The notes below the pieces were generated by a model that was not told where the DNA came from, did not search any database, and saw only the letters and a program-made list of their open reading frames with translations. Positions 9,614-19,962 of a stretch of DNA of 64,000 nucleotides are shown here, piece by piece. The DNA lies in contig CP142732.1 in assembly GCA_036630325.1 (NCBI GenBank), positions 868,001-932,000 on the forward strand, read 5' to 3'. How positions within the stretch are numbered: position 1 is the stretch's first letter; each line of letters begins with the position of its first letter. Origin of the DNA: Vairimorpha necatrix. Taxonomy: Eukaryota. The position numbers were made by a program, and so were the translations under genes.

Positions 9614-12571
9614 TTATGTTGATCTTATGATTAAATCTTTAATATAATTAATATCTATAAAATAATCTTCTTTATTATGATATGACTCATAATAATCACT
9701 TATGACGTCTATCACATATTTCTTATCTTTTTCATTCAATTCATTAAATCTTTTCTTGAAATATTTTGTAAATCTAAAAATCTTCAAATTTTTATTATTT
9801 TTCTTCTCTAAATTTCTTATAAGTTCATATCTGAAGAAATTATAAAATCCTTGGTCATGGGGACTCATTGGCCAATTTATAAAAAAAGTACTAATCAAAG
9901 ATAATTTCTTAGATTTACTCTCTTTAATTTTATATTTTGACAATCCAAGGCATAAAATCCCCAAACAGATTTTATATTTCTCAATATCTCCAAATATCAA
10001 ATTTCCAATTTTATCTTTTTTTATTCCTGAATTTGTAAAACAGAAATTATTTTTATCTTCATTTGTACTAATCAATTCTGTTCTTTTTATTTGTCTTCTG
10101 ATTATTTTTAATAAATCTAAATTACAAGTAGAACTTTTAAATAAACAGAAAGTTATCAATAAATAATCAAATAAAATTCTAAATCCTTTGTTTTCTTGTG
10201 TCTCTATTTTTAGAAGTAATTCCAAATCTCTTGATTTTAAATCATGTTTTTCATTTATTCCATAATAGAAAATTATCCCGGAATATTTGTAAACTTCCCA
10301 AATTGTAAAATTTTTATAAAATTTTTCAATTTCTGAAATTCTTGATTCAAAATTATTTCCAGAAATTTCTTCTAAAAACATGTTACCGTAAAAAATTTCA
10401 TCTAATGGGTCGCCTTTAAATCTTTCAAATTTGTTTTTAAATTTTGATTTGTCTTTTAAACAAATTCCATTTAAAATAAGTTCACATAACCTGTTTTTTA
10501 AATTTATAAATTTCATATTTTCTCCTATAATTTTCACTAAATTTATAGTACAAATTATATTATGAGTTGTGTCATAAACTACATTGTGATTCTTATTATG
10601 TTTATCTGATTTATAAATTCCTATTTTATCTATTTCTAATTTCAAAATATTTTCTAATTTGATATTTTTAGAAAAACTAAAAATATTAGACAGAGCAGAA
10701 AGTGCTCCTAATTTTATATTTAAACTTTGATCTGTAAAATATTTCTTATAACAAAATTCTTCAAATTCGCTATTTCTTGTTCCTTCATTGGAAATACTAA
10801 ATGAAATCATAGAAGAAATTAGAATAATTTCTTTATCTTCATTTATATTTTCAAGGATATTTTTATAATCCATTTTTCTAAAATATTTCTTAAGTCCTAA
10901 ACCAAAAATTAGACCTGCTTTGATAAATTCATCAGATGATTTATCTTGTAAAATTAATTTGTAATTCTGCTTCTTTTTACAAGATAAAATTTTATGAACT
11001 CCGAAATTGAAAGAAGGCCAATTCTTCCAAGTTTTGTCTTTTAATTCTATGAATGACGTCACGCCATTTTTTATAAGTGGGAAATTTAGAGATTTAAAAA
11101 TATCTTGTGTGTCTAATTTGTGTTCTTTTATATGGAAATTATTATTGTAAAAACAGTAAGATTTTCCAATATTGGAAGATAATCTCAAGACATAATTTCT
11201 TTCTGCGACATCTTCCCCGTCATTGTCGTCTAATTCAAATATTCTGATTGGTTCAAAGAATAAATTTATGATTTCGCGCATTCGCTCGTCTCCTAAAAAT
11301 TTCTTGAAGAAACTAAAGAAATTTAACTTTTTAAGGCCCTTGAAAAAGACCTTCCTATTTTTCTCATAGAAAATCAAAGTGTAGGCCAAATTAAAATTAT
11401 CTCTAATTTTTAATGTAACAAGTTCATTGTAGTTGAATTTGTCAGCATTAGATTTCATTTTATCTTGAAGAACTAATCTATTTTTATCATTTGTAAATTT
11501 AAAGTCAAACTTCTCATTATAATTGAAAATTCGATTATACGAAATTTCTAATAAAGTCTTAAAATCTGGATTTTCTAAAATCTCAGTCTTGTAAGAAAAT
11601 AAAATATTTAACTTTTCATAAAATCTAGAATTCTCTAAAAAATCGTACTTTTTAAATTTCTTATAAAAATCTAAAATACTTTTAGATTTTAAAAATTCTT
11701 TTTCTAAAATAAAATCTAATTTTGAAAAATCTAGGTCTATTCTGACAAAATCATATTTCTTAGTAGAAATACAACTGTTAGTAACTTCTAAGAAATCATT
11801 GTAGTCTAAAGATTCTAAAATCTTCTTTTCTAATTTATCTGGTTTTTTCCAGAAAATTATTTCTTCATTCGATTGGAATTTTTTCTTCTTCAATGCATTT
11901 TGATTATGCAAAAAATCAAATTTATAGATGAATTTGTTTGCATAAACCAACAAATTATTAATTTGTAAAAAATAAACAAATTTTGTTTTCAAATTCATTC
12001 TCAATATTTTTGTAATAAAAACTTGTTCTTTCAAAAATATTGGATTTGTAAATATAAATTTCTCATTTTGATATTCCAGAAATGTGAATGTGTTCTCATA
12101 AATCAATATTAAATATTTTTCATATTTCAAAATTCTAAATATTTTTGAATCTTGATAACTTTTTGTTATCAAGATTAATTTATAATTTTCTTCTAGTACA
12201 ATTTGATAAATTTTTTCTTTATGTTTTATAAAATGTCGTCCTTCTCTTTCTAAAACATAAATTTCTTGTTCATGCAGAAATTTGAATTTATAGTCTTGGC
12301 ATGAAAAGATAAATTCTTCAATTGAAAAAGGATGAGTTATTTTATAAATGTTATTGTCTATATTATTTTGATATAAAATGTATGATGAAGTAATGTCTAT
12401 TGATAATATGTTTACAGGAATAATAATTTCATCATTACATAAAAAATATAATTTATGAGGTAAAGCAACTACAAGCCATTTTTTGAAGAATTTTGATGTG
12501 ATGATTTCTTCGTTAAATCTAATTTCTCTATTTTTGTAAATGAGCATATTTTTATACCATTTTATGATCAT
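9614..12571 (-). CDS. APC1: Anaphase-promoting complex subunit 1, divergent
   Basis: WPSFNFGV, AGLIFGLGL, CLGILCLGL and FFINWPMSPHDQGFYNFFRY fit the PC-repeat region. Start placed at the ATG following CCC. Confidence 0.75.
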   Translation of the reverse strand: MIIKWYKNMLIYKNREIRFNEEIITSKFFKKWLVVALPHKLYFLCNDEIIIPVNILSIDITSSYILYQNNIDNNIYKITHPFSIEEFIFSCQDYKFKFLHEQEIYVLEREGRHFIKHKEKIYQIVLEENYKLILITKSYQDSKIFRILKYEKYLILIYENTFTFLEYQNEKFIFTNPIFLKEQVFITKILRMNLKTKFVYFLQINNLLVYANKFIYKFDFLHNQNALKKKKFQSNEEIIFWKKPDKLEKKILESLDYNDFLEVTNSCISTKKYDFVRIDLDFSKLDFILEKEFLKSKSILDFYKKFKKYDFLENSRFYEKLNILFSYKTEILENPDFKTLLEISYNRIFNYNEKFDFKFTNDKNRLVLQDKMKSNADKFNYNELVTLKIRDNFNLAYTLIFYEKNRKVFFKGLKKLNFFSFFKKFLGDERMREIINLFFEPIRIFELDDNDGEDVAERNYVLRLSSNIGKSYCFYNNNFHIKEHKLDTQDIFKSLNFPLIKNGVTSFIELKDKTWKNWPSFNFGVHKILSCKKKQNYKLILQDKSSDEFIKAGLIFGLGLKKYFRKMDYKNILENINEDKEIILISSMISFSISNEGTRNSEFEEFCYKKYFTDQSLNIKLGALSALSNIFSFSKNIKLENILKLEIDKIGIYKSDKHNKNHNVVYDTTHNIICTINLVKIIGENMKFINLKNRLCELILNGICLKDKSKFKNKFERFKGDPLDEIFYGNMFLEEISGNNFESRISEIEKFYKNFTIWEVYKYSGIIFYYGINEKHDLKSRDLELLLKIETQENKGFRILFDYLLITFCLFKSSTCNLDLLKIIRRQIKRTELISTNEDKNNFCFTNSGIKKDKIGNLIFGDIEKYKICLGILCLGLSKYKIKESKSKKLSLISTFFINWPMSPHDQGFYNFFRYELIRNLEKKNNKNLKIFRFTKYFKKRFNELNEKDKKYVIDVISDYYESYHNKEDYFIDINYIKDLIIRST

Positions 12572-13613
12572 TAAATGTTTTAGGGTAGCAAAAAAACAAA
12601 AAAATATTTTACAAAATTCATCAAAGTAATTATTAAAAAATATATCTAAAATGTGAAAAATGCACGATATTATGTTCAAACTTCTTTGAAATATATTTTT
12701 ATAGTTTCATCTCTACCTCGTAGAACATAATATTTATAATGTAAAAATTTGACTACCTTTTTTAAAACCAAAATAATTTTAAAAATTCAATTGCAGCCGG
12801 TACAAGAACGTCGCATTGCCTGTAGTTCTCTAAATATTTGATTTAAAGAACCTCTCGGGCTAAAACATGAAGTAAAAATTTTTATACAATCTAAGCTTAG
12901 ATCTTTTTTAATAAAGTCATATGGTAAGAATTATATGCGATTAAGTATTATAAATTAGAACATTGCTTTAAGAAGTCGCAACAAAAAAGACGCCGGCGGA
13001 AATTGTAGTATATTCAAAGCGCTCGGAACATTTCCAATGGAGTACGCTTAAAATTCACTTTTGATAGCGAAACTAAATAAATGAGCAAGCATTGAACTAT
13101 CTTTTTTTATAAGAAATCTGTAAAAACATAAGACTATAATCGAGTTTGACCTTATATAAGCTATTAACAAAGGATACTATCAATTTTATTCAAACATATG
13201 AGTTTTATAATAGATTTTCAAAAATAAAAAATATTAGTTAGGACGAGGTCCATGGCATTAATATGACAATATATTAAATCAAAAAGCTATAATGAAATTA
13301 TGTAATTAGCGCTATAATATATATTAATTTGACGCACTACTAAGGTCCAAAGGCAAAAATAAATGACTTTATTTTCAAAATGAAAATTTTTTGTAAGTTA
13401 AATTACTCAGTTAATGTTTCCGCCGTAATAAAGTTTGACGTCATTTATCGCGGGGCATCGACTTCGAATTCTGCCTTAAAAAATGAGCTAGAAAAAAATT
13501 GCAAAGATTTTTAATAATTGATTTTTAGTACCAGCATCATAATTTGATAACATGGTGCAAATCGCAACAACTTAAAATTTTCACAATGTAAATGAGTTTT
13601 TTTTATTATTTCC

Positions 13614-15083
13614 TCATTCAATCTTTTTCACTGTTTCCATTTGTTCAAAATACTCTAATAAATCAATTACACAATTTTTGTCTTTAAGTGACCAAACAAC
13701 CTGTCTAAACGAGAAAATATTATTTGACAAAATCTGAAAATTTTCTATAAAACTAAATCTATCTTCAGTTGAGCACATAAAAATCTTAAGATAAGATTCT
13801 AAGATCTTAAAACTTCCCAAATTATTAAAATACTGTTTTATAAAATTTTTTAAATCATGTAAATCGTAAATCAAATATTCGGAACTTTCTTCATCAAAAT
13901 CTAATAGATAAATTCTTGATAAAATATTCAAAATAATTATTTCTACTAAATTAGTTTTTAAATCTTCACTTAGTTCAACTAAATCAATAAAAAAAATATT
14001 TTCTTTGAAAATTTTTATGATCTCGCAAGAAATTTTCTTTTTATTGAAATTTACATTATAAAGTAAATTTCTTATATAAATTTCTAACATTCCATTAAAT
14101 TGATTTTCTATATTTCCAAGTTTTATGAATAAATCTTGCGATATATTGATTTTATATTCACAAAATAAATTTGAATTGAGTCCTGATACACAATCATTTA
14201 AATACGAAATAGTATTTAAAGATACAATTATCTTTACAAAATCTTTTTTATAAAGTTCATAATCTAAATTTAGGTCGTTTTTACTCATCTGATTTAATAA
14301 AAAGATCAGATGAATTTCAAATGACTCAGATAATTTTTTTATTGATTCGATATTGTTAAAATATTGGATTTTCTCATATAAATTTTGGAAATTTTGAAAA
14401 AAATTTACAAAATTTGTAAATATTTTCATTTCTGTTTTTTTAATGTCGATATTTTCTTTATCGAATTTTGATTCGAAATAATTTTTAAGAAAAGGTGCTA
14501 ATAAATGAAAAATAGACTTTTTTTTATCCTGTAAAAATTCGCAAATTTTTTTTTCATTTTCCAATACTTTTTCCACACATTCTAAATAATCAATTTTATC
14601 GAAATCATTAAAAAATATTATGTCACAGATCTTTTGCTTTATAATCAAATAAATCTCATTAAGTATTTCTTTTTTGGTGTCCCAAGATGCTGGTAAATTA
14701 AAATAAATATTTTCTAAATTTTCAATAAGATTTTTAAGCTTTTTATAATATTTTTTTATATCGGATAATCTTTTAAATTCACTTGAAATAAACAACTGGA
14801 AATCTGTTACATACTCAGAAATGAGAAGATTATTAATTTTTAATTTTATTTCATCTTCATAACCCAGTAAAATTATTATTTTAAAGAAATATGAAGGAAT
14901 ACCTTTCTTCTTGAATATTTTGTTTCTTGTTTCGTCTTCAATATAAGATTTTAAATTTGAAATGTCCTGAAAATTTATACCTTTACTTTTTATATTTGAA
15001 ATTTCTTTATTAATTTTTTCTAGAATCTTTTCGTATTCTTTGCCTTTTTCTAATGTTCTGCATTCTTCATATTCATTTTCCAT
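13614..15083 (-). CDS. VPS53: Vps53-like GARP complex subunit
   Basis: LPASWD, LLAPFLKNY, SLNTISYL, SEYLIYDLHDLK, ESYLKIF and FIENF match Vps53 motifs in order. Confidence 0.65.
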   Translation of the reverse strand: MENEYEECRTLEKGKEYEKILEKINKEISNIKSKGINFQDISNLKSYIEDETRNKIFKKKGIPSYFFKIIILLGYEDEIKLKINNLLISEYVTDFQLFISSEFKRLSDIKKYYKKLKNLIENLENIYFNLPASWDTKKEILNEIYLIIKQKICDIIFFNDFDKIDYLECVEKVLENEKKICEFLQDKKKSIFHLLAPFLKNYFESKFDKENIDIKKTEMKIFTNFVNFFQNFQNLYEKIQYFNNIESIKKLSESFEIHLIFLLNQMSKNDLNLDYELYKKDFVKIIVSLNTISYLNDCVSGLNSNLFCEYKINISQDLFIKLGNIENQFNGMLEIYIRNLLYNVNFNKKKISCEIIKIFKENIFFIDLVELSEDLKTNLVEIIILNILSRIYLLDFDEESSEYLIYDLHDLKNFIKQYFNNLGSFKILESYLKIFMCSTEDRFSFIENFQILSNNIFSFRQVVWSLKDKNCVIDLLEYFEQMETVKKIE

Positions 15084-15165
15084 GTTTATTTATAAAATTT
15101 CTGTATTTATTTAATAAAACATTGTTTCATAATTTTACAAGTTATTAATTTTTGTAAACATACAA

Positions 15166-15248
15166 CTCTCAGTAGCTCAGTGGCAGAGCGTTCGACTGTA
15201 GAATTTGTGGATATCGAATGGTCACAGGTTCGACTCCTGTCTGGGAGA
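15166..15248 (+). tRNA. tRNA-Tyr(GTA) with an 11-nt intron (15202-15212)
   Basis: Cloverleaf CTCTCAG/CTGGGAG, GCTC/GAGC, TTCGA/TCGAA and ACAGG/CCTGT. Anticodon GTA at 15198-15200, intron after position 37, oligo-T terminator follows. Confidence 0.95.
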
Positions 15249-15571
15249 TTTTTTTTAGTCTTAAAGTGAGATTTGGAAAAAAACATGAACAATATGATTT
15301 GTCATGCGGATATTAAATTTTATAATGTTTGTCAATTCAAATGTGCGTTTTTTAACGATGTAGAATATGGAAATATATGTAAATTTTATCATATTTGATT
15401 ATAAAAATGTCGACATTTTTTTAATATAAAAATATATTGTAAACATTTATTTATTGTAAAATATTGTTTTTTAATACAAATTTGCTCTAGAAGAACATTT
15501 TTATCATAAATTTATCCATTCGTACTCTAAAAAAAATTTTATCTATTTTTTTAATATTTTTTTTACCGTTA

Positions 15572-16660
15572 ATGAACATTCATAAAAGATTCAGAACAAT
15601 TTACTCGGAATGCGCAGAAATACTAAAAAAGATTGTCAATAAAAAGACGACATTGAAAAATGAAATTTATAAAAATAAAAAACCAGCTTCCTACATTCCA
15701 ATAATAGAAAAAGTTTTACAAAATTACGATTTGCTTAACAAAATCATACAAGAGACAAACTTCTTAAAAAAAGATGTTTTCTACAGTTTAATTTTGTGTA
15801 ACGAAGTTTTAATAGGAAAAATTAATAATAAATTCTGGTTATCAAATTTTGAAAAAATAAAAAAAGACGCAGAACTCGTACATTTCATTAAAGAAAAATA
15901 CATTCGACTTAATAAAACAAATGGAACAGAAAAAGATTTAAAAGAATTAAAACTAGAAAAAACTTTTATACCAGACGTGTATAAATTAATAGAAAATGTC
16001 GATTTTTCAAAAATAAAAGCTTATAAAAATGGGAAAATCGTCATACAAAATATAGCGAGTTGTATTCCTGGATTTATTTTAAATCCAGAATTAAATTCCA
16101 CAATTATCGACACTTGTGCAGCGCCAGGAAATAAAACGTCACATGTTTCCGATTTATTAAAAAATACAGGGAAAGTTTTCGCATTTGAAGTTGACGAAAA
16201 AAGATTTAAAATTTTGAATTATCAAATTAAAAAATTGAATCTTAAAAATGTGACGAGTTTAAATGAAGATTTCTTGGATGTTGAGAACACAAAATATAAA
16301 AATGTCGATTATATGTTAGTTGACCCAACTTGTAGTGGCTCGGGAATACATGAGATTTATGAGAAAGACGAAGAAAGAATAAAAAATTTACAGAAATTTC
16401 AAATAAAAATTTTGAAACATGCCATGACTTTCGGGGCCAAGAAGATTGTTTATTCTACTTGTTCTTTACACAAAGAAGAAGGAGAAGATGTTGTCTTAGA
16501 AGCCATTAAAGAATCAGAATATGAAATTTTCGACCTTCAGTCTTTTTTTACAGGGAATACATTTGAAGGATTAGAAGTAGTAGATAAATTCGTAAGATGC
16601 ACATCCAAAGACAATAAAGAAACGATAGGATTTTTCGCTGCCTTACTTATAAAAAAATAA
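15572..16660 (+). CDS. RCM1: NOL1/NOP2/Sun m5C RNA methyltransferase (Rcm1/NSUN5-like)
   Basis: IDTCAAPGNKTSH, LVDPTCSGSG, VYSTCSL and GFFAAL. Confidence 0.88.
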   Translation: MNIHKRFRTIYSECAEILKKIVNKKTTLKNEIYKNKKPASYIPIIEKVLQNYDLLNKIIQETNFLKKDVFYSLILCNEVLIGKINNKFWLSNFEKIKKDAELVHFIKEKYIRLNKTNGTEKDLKELKLEKTFIPDVYKLIENVDFSKIKAYKNGKIVIQNIASCIPGFILNPELNSTIIDTCAAPGNKTSHVSDLLKNTGKVFAFEVDEKRFKILNYQIKKLNLKNVTSLNEDFLDVENTKYKNVDYMLVDPTCSGSGIHEIYEKDEERIKNLQKFQIKILKHAMTFGAKKIVYSTCSLHKEEGEDVVLEAIKESEYEIFDLQSFFTGNTFEGLEVVDKFVRCTSKDNKETIGFFAALLIKK

Positions 16661-16758
16661 ATTATCTAAAAAAATTTAAACTATTTAAAAAATTTTAAAT
16701 TATCTAAAAAATTTTAAACTATTTAAAAAATTTTAAACTATTTAAAAAATTTTAAACT
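16661..16758. repeat. AT-rich tandem repeat, unit about 19 bp, about 5 copies
   Basis: Unit CTATTTAAAAAATTTTAAA repeated directly after the RCM1 stop codon. Confidence 0.75.
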
Positions 16759-16804
16759 TTTGTAGTGTGTTTTTTAAGTAATTTTTAAATTAAATCGTTT
16801 AATA

Positions 16805-16926
16805 TACATTTTTTTAGATAATATTAATTTACATTTTTTGGCTAATATAAATTTACATTTTTTTAGATAATATTAATTTACATTTGTTTAGATAATACAA
16901 ATTTATATTTGTTTATATAATATAAA
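16805..16926. repeat. Tandem repeat, unit about 25 bp, about 5 copies
   Basis: Unit TACATTTTTTTAGATAATATTAATT with variants. Confidence 0.75.
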
Positions 16927-16961
16927 GTTTTTTTTATAAATACACTTCAAATTTGTTTATT

Positions 16962-18575
16962 TTAATTTTCTTGTTGATTTTTCAAATTTTGTAATTTCTC
17001 ATTTATCCTCTTCAATGACACTTTATAATTCATCATATTATTCTGAAAATTAAATATCAAATTTTTTATCGCTTCTTTTTCCTGTTTACATTTATTATTT
17101 ATAATATCCAAACTAATTTTATTTTTATGTAACCCTTGTTCGCTTTGTATCAAAGACGAATTTGATTCCAAATTTAATTGTAATAATTCCCTTTCTAATC
17201 CTTCCATTTGATTTTTATTTTTTTTCTGTTCATCTTCGCTAATTTTCTTCTTTTTTAAATATATTTCTCCTGTACTAATAAGTTTATTTTGGTTATATTC
17301 GATTTTAGTTTCTATATCTTTTAAAATTATTTCTTTTTCTTCTTTTGTATTTAAAATCGTGTCTTTATTAATTTTTAATTCTTCGTTTCTTTGTATTGCT
17401 TTATTATGTTCATTTTCTAAAGTTCTTCTAGTTTCATCAAAATCTCGATTGAAAAATTTTTTATCAAAATTTTTTAAAAATTTGAAATTTAAATCTTCTC
17501 TCAAATTGTTAAAATCGAACATTAATTTTTCTATTTCGTCAATAACTTCCGATAAATTTTTTTCTAAATTTTTATTATTTATCATCAATTTTTCTTTTTC
17601 AGGTGTAATTTTTTCTAATTCTTCGTATAATTCCACTTTTTCTTTATTCATAATTTTTACATCTTCGGGGTTTAATTTTTGTACTTCAATTTTGTTTTTT
17701 ATTTCTTCGTGTTGATTTCTTAAATCTTTTAGTTCATTTTCAATTATTTCAATTTCTTCCAATGTTTTTTTTATAATATTTGAATATTTTGATTTTTTAT
17801 TTTCTAATTGTTTTTGTGAAGAAATTAGACTATTTAAATCTTCTAGTAGATCATTTTTCTTTTGTTCTAAGTTTTCTATGTCTCCAAATCCAGATTTTAA
17901 TTCTAAAATTTCTTTTTCTAATTTTTTTAATTCATCTTTTTTCAAGTCTATTTTTTTAAATAAGTCGCTATAAAGAACTTGCACATTATTTTCGAAATCT
18001 TCTTCTAAATTTTGATCGTCGTCGTTTCCTTGTAAATAGTTTAAATATCCGTTACTTACAAATTCATTAAAAAAAGTTTCAATATTATTTTCTGAGGAAT
18101 TTAAATCTTTAAAATTTTCCAGATTTAACATTATATCAATTAACCAAGATAACATACTTAGTACAATAGGCCACATATGAGGAGTAATAGCAGTAAGTTG
18201 ACTTCTTGTAATTTCAGAAGCGTAAGGATATTTTATAATTTTTAAGATGTTTATGACATCATCTTCAAATTTGTTTGTATATTCGTAGTCATCAATAAAA
18301 GAAAAAATGAATTTAAAAATTAGTTGGAAATCCTTATTAGAAGGATTTTGTAAAGTTTTTTGAGATAAATTTCCCTCGAAATTATTTTCGCTTAGAAATT
18401 TGTAGACATTTTCTGAGCATGTTTTTTTGTAATTTGGGTCTCTTAACATTCTCACGTCTCTTCTGATTTTTTCTTCTGGAGCGAAAGAAGGCCTTGACTG
18501 TAAAGGAGTTTTATTTCCATTTAATGGCAGTTTCTGCATTTTCCTTGAGATTGGCGTCATTGTGTATCTTTTCAT
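16962..18575 (-). CDS. NDC80: Kinetochore protein Ndc80/HEC1
   Basis: RDVRMLRD, PSNKDFQLIFKF, LKIIKYPY and HMWPIVLSMLSWL, followed by a long coiled coil. CCCCGT-ATG at 18575. Confidence 0.93.
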   Translation of the reverse strand: MKRYTMTPISRKMQKLPLNGNKTPLQSRPSFAPEEKIRRDVRMLRDPNYKKTCSENVYKFLSENNFEGNLSQKTLQNPSNKDFQLIFKFIFSFIDDYEYTNKFEDDVINILKIIKYPYASEITRSQLTAITPHMWPIVLSMLSWLIDIMLNLENFKDLNSSENNIETFFNEFVSNGYLNYLQGNDDDQNLEEDFENNVQVLYSDLFKKIDLKKDELKKLEKEILELKSGFGDIENLEQKKNDLLEDLNSLISSQKQLENKKSKYSNIIKKTLEEIEIIENELKDLRNQHEEIKNKIEVQKLNPEDVKIMNKEKVELYEELEKITPEKEKLMINNKNLEKNLSEVIDEIEKLMFDFNNLREDLNFKFLKNFDKKFFNRDFDETRRTLENEHNKAIQRNEELKINKDTILNTKEEKEIILKDIETKIEYNQNKLISTGEIYLKKKKISEDEQKKNKNQMEGLERELLQLNLESNSSLIQSEQGLHKNKISLDIINNKCKQEKEAIKNLIFNFQNNMMNYKVSLKRINEKLQNLKNQQEN

Positions 18576-18797
18576 ACGGGGCAAAAAATAAAACAAAAAG
18601 GAAGATATCAATTAGATAATGTCAAGTATGATATGAAATAAGAGAGATTCCGACACACGATCATATGCAAAATAATACATATAAGTAGAAGAGTGCCTTA
18701 GATTTGTTATAATTCTTTACAAAGACAGTGTAAACTCAGCCTAGCGAGTTATTTTCAATATAATATAGTCTTATAATAAAATGTATAATGTTTTTAT

Positions 18798-19181
18798 TTA
18801 AATAATATTTGTATTAAAAATCACTTCTCCGTTGACACTGACACTTACATTTTCTTCATTTTTCTCTACAAAACATTTCGTATAAAAAATTTTATTAATA
18901 AAATACACGAATATTTCAAATAAAAATAAAGAGTCCATTTCTTCGAAATATGTAATTTTCATATCATAATTTTCTATATTGTGCATTTCTAAGATCTTTT
19001 CAAGAATTGGTAAAAGATAGAAATCTTCGACTTTCTGTGTAGATTTATAAATTTCAATATTTTTTATATTTTCTGGATTTTGTAATAGATTGAAATGTAT
19101 GGGATTTGGGAATTTATAGTAGAGAGAGATTTCTTGAGGATTAATTTCTTCATAAACAAGCTTAATCTGTTCGTAGTTCAT
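18798..19181 (-). CDS. Hypothetical protein, 127 aa
   Basis: Intact ORF with CCCC upstream of the ATG. No family recognised. Confidence 0.7.
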   Translation of the reverse strand: MNYEQIKLVYEEINPQEISLYYKFPNPIHFNLLQNPENIKNIEIYKSTQKVEDFYLLPILEKILEMHNIENYDMKITYFEEMDSLFLFEIFVYFINKIFYTKCFVEKNEENVSVSVNGEVIFNTNII

Positions 19182-19292
19182 TAGTCAGGGGATTATAAAA
19201 AAGAAAACAGAATTGTCTGAATTTGAGAACTTCTATAATTTTCACGATGTTTGAGACATCAAAACAATGAACGACAGCCAAATATGCTGCTT

Positions 19293-19390
19293 TGGACTTA
19301 ATTTTATCATTGTAAGAAATTTCTGGACTTAATTTTATCATTGTAAGAAATTTCTGGACTTAATTTTATCATTGTAAGAAATTTTTGGAC
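19293..19390. repeat. 31-bp tandem repeat, about 3.2 copies
   Basis: TGGACTTAATTTTATCATTGTAAGAAATTTC, near-identical copies with period 31. Confidence 0.9.
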
Positions 19391-19962
19391 AAATTAGAAG
19401 GTACTGTGAGATTTTTACTCTTCAAAACAATAAAACTTGGATATAAACAAGTGCGTCTTATGCATTGGACTTTAGCTTCGGGAATAAATTCTTGTTTAAA
19501 TTAATATCGCGTCTAAAAGAACAGAAGTAATAAATACGCTTACAAGTACAACTCAATTAGGCACTAATAATTAATTCGTATTGACTTCTGCTAACATCTA
19601 CATCTTGAGTGAAGGAGAGAAAAGGCAGAGGCGTGGCCTCATTTAGAACATTTTTCGTTCTAAGCTCCGATCTGTTTGTCTATAATCGTATAAAGGGGAT
19701 ACTTGGGCCTTTTATAGCACATTTTCTTACTCTGCATATTTACCTTGCTTATTTGTCGAAGAAATATAACCAATAGAATCAAGATCAATCATTTTTTTCT
19801 AATTTAAGTAACTTGTGTTCTAGTTATATTTTAAATTTACGCATATTTGTCAATTTATAATGTTTCTTTGTAAATCAACTGTACTTGAAATTTGCACATA
19901 ATTTCATGCTAAAATAAAAAATTTATAAAAAAAAGATAAAATTTTATACTTTTTAAATAAAT

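Noticed and set aside
15107-15292. 61-aa minus-strand ORF
   Set aside because: Antisense shadow of tRNA-Tyr.
19293-19390. CRISPR-like 31-bp repeats
   Set aside because: No spacers, eukaryotic context and no cas genes.
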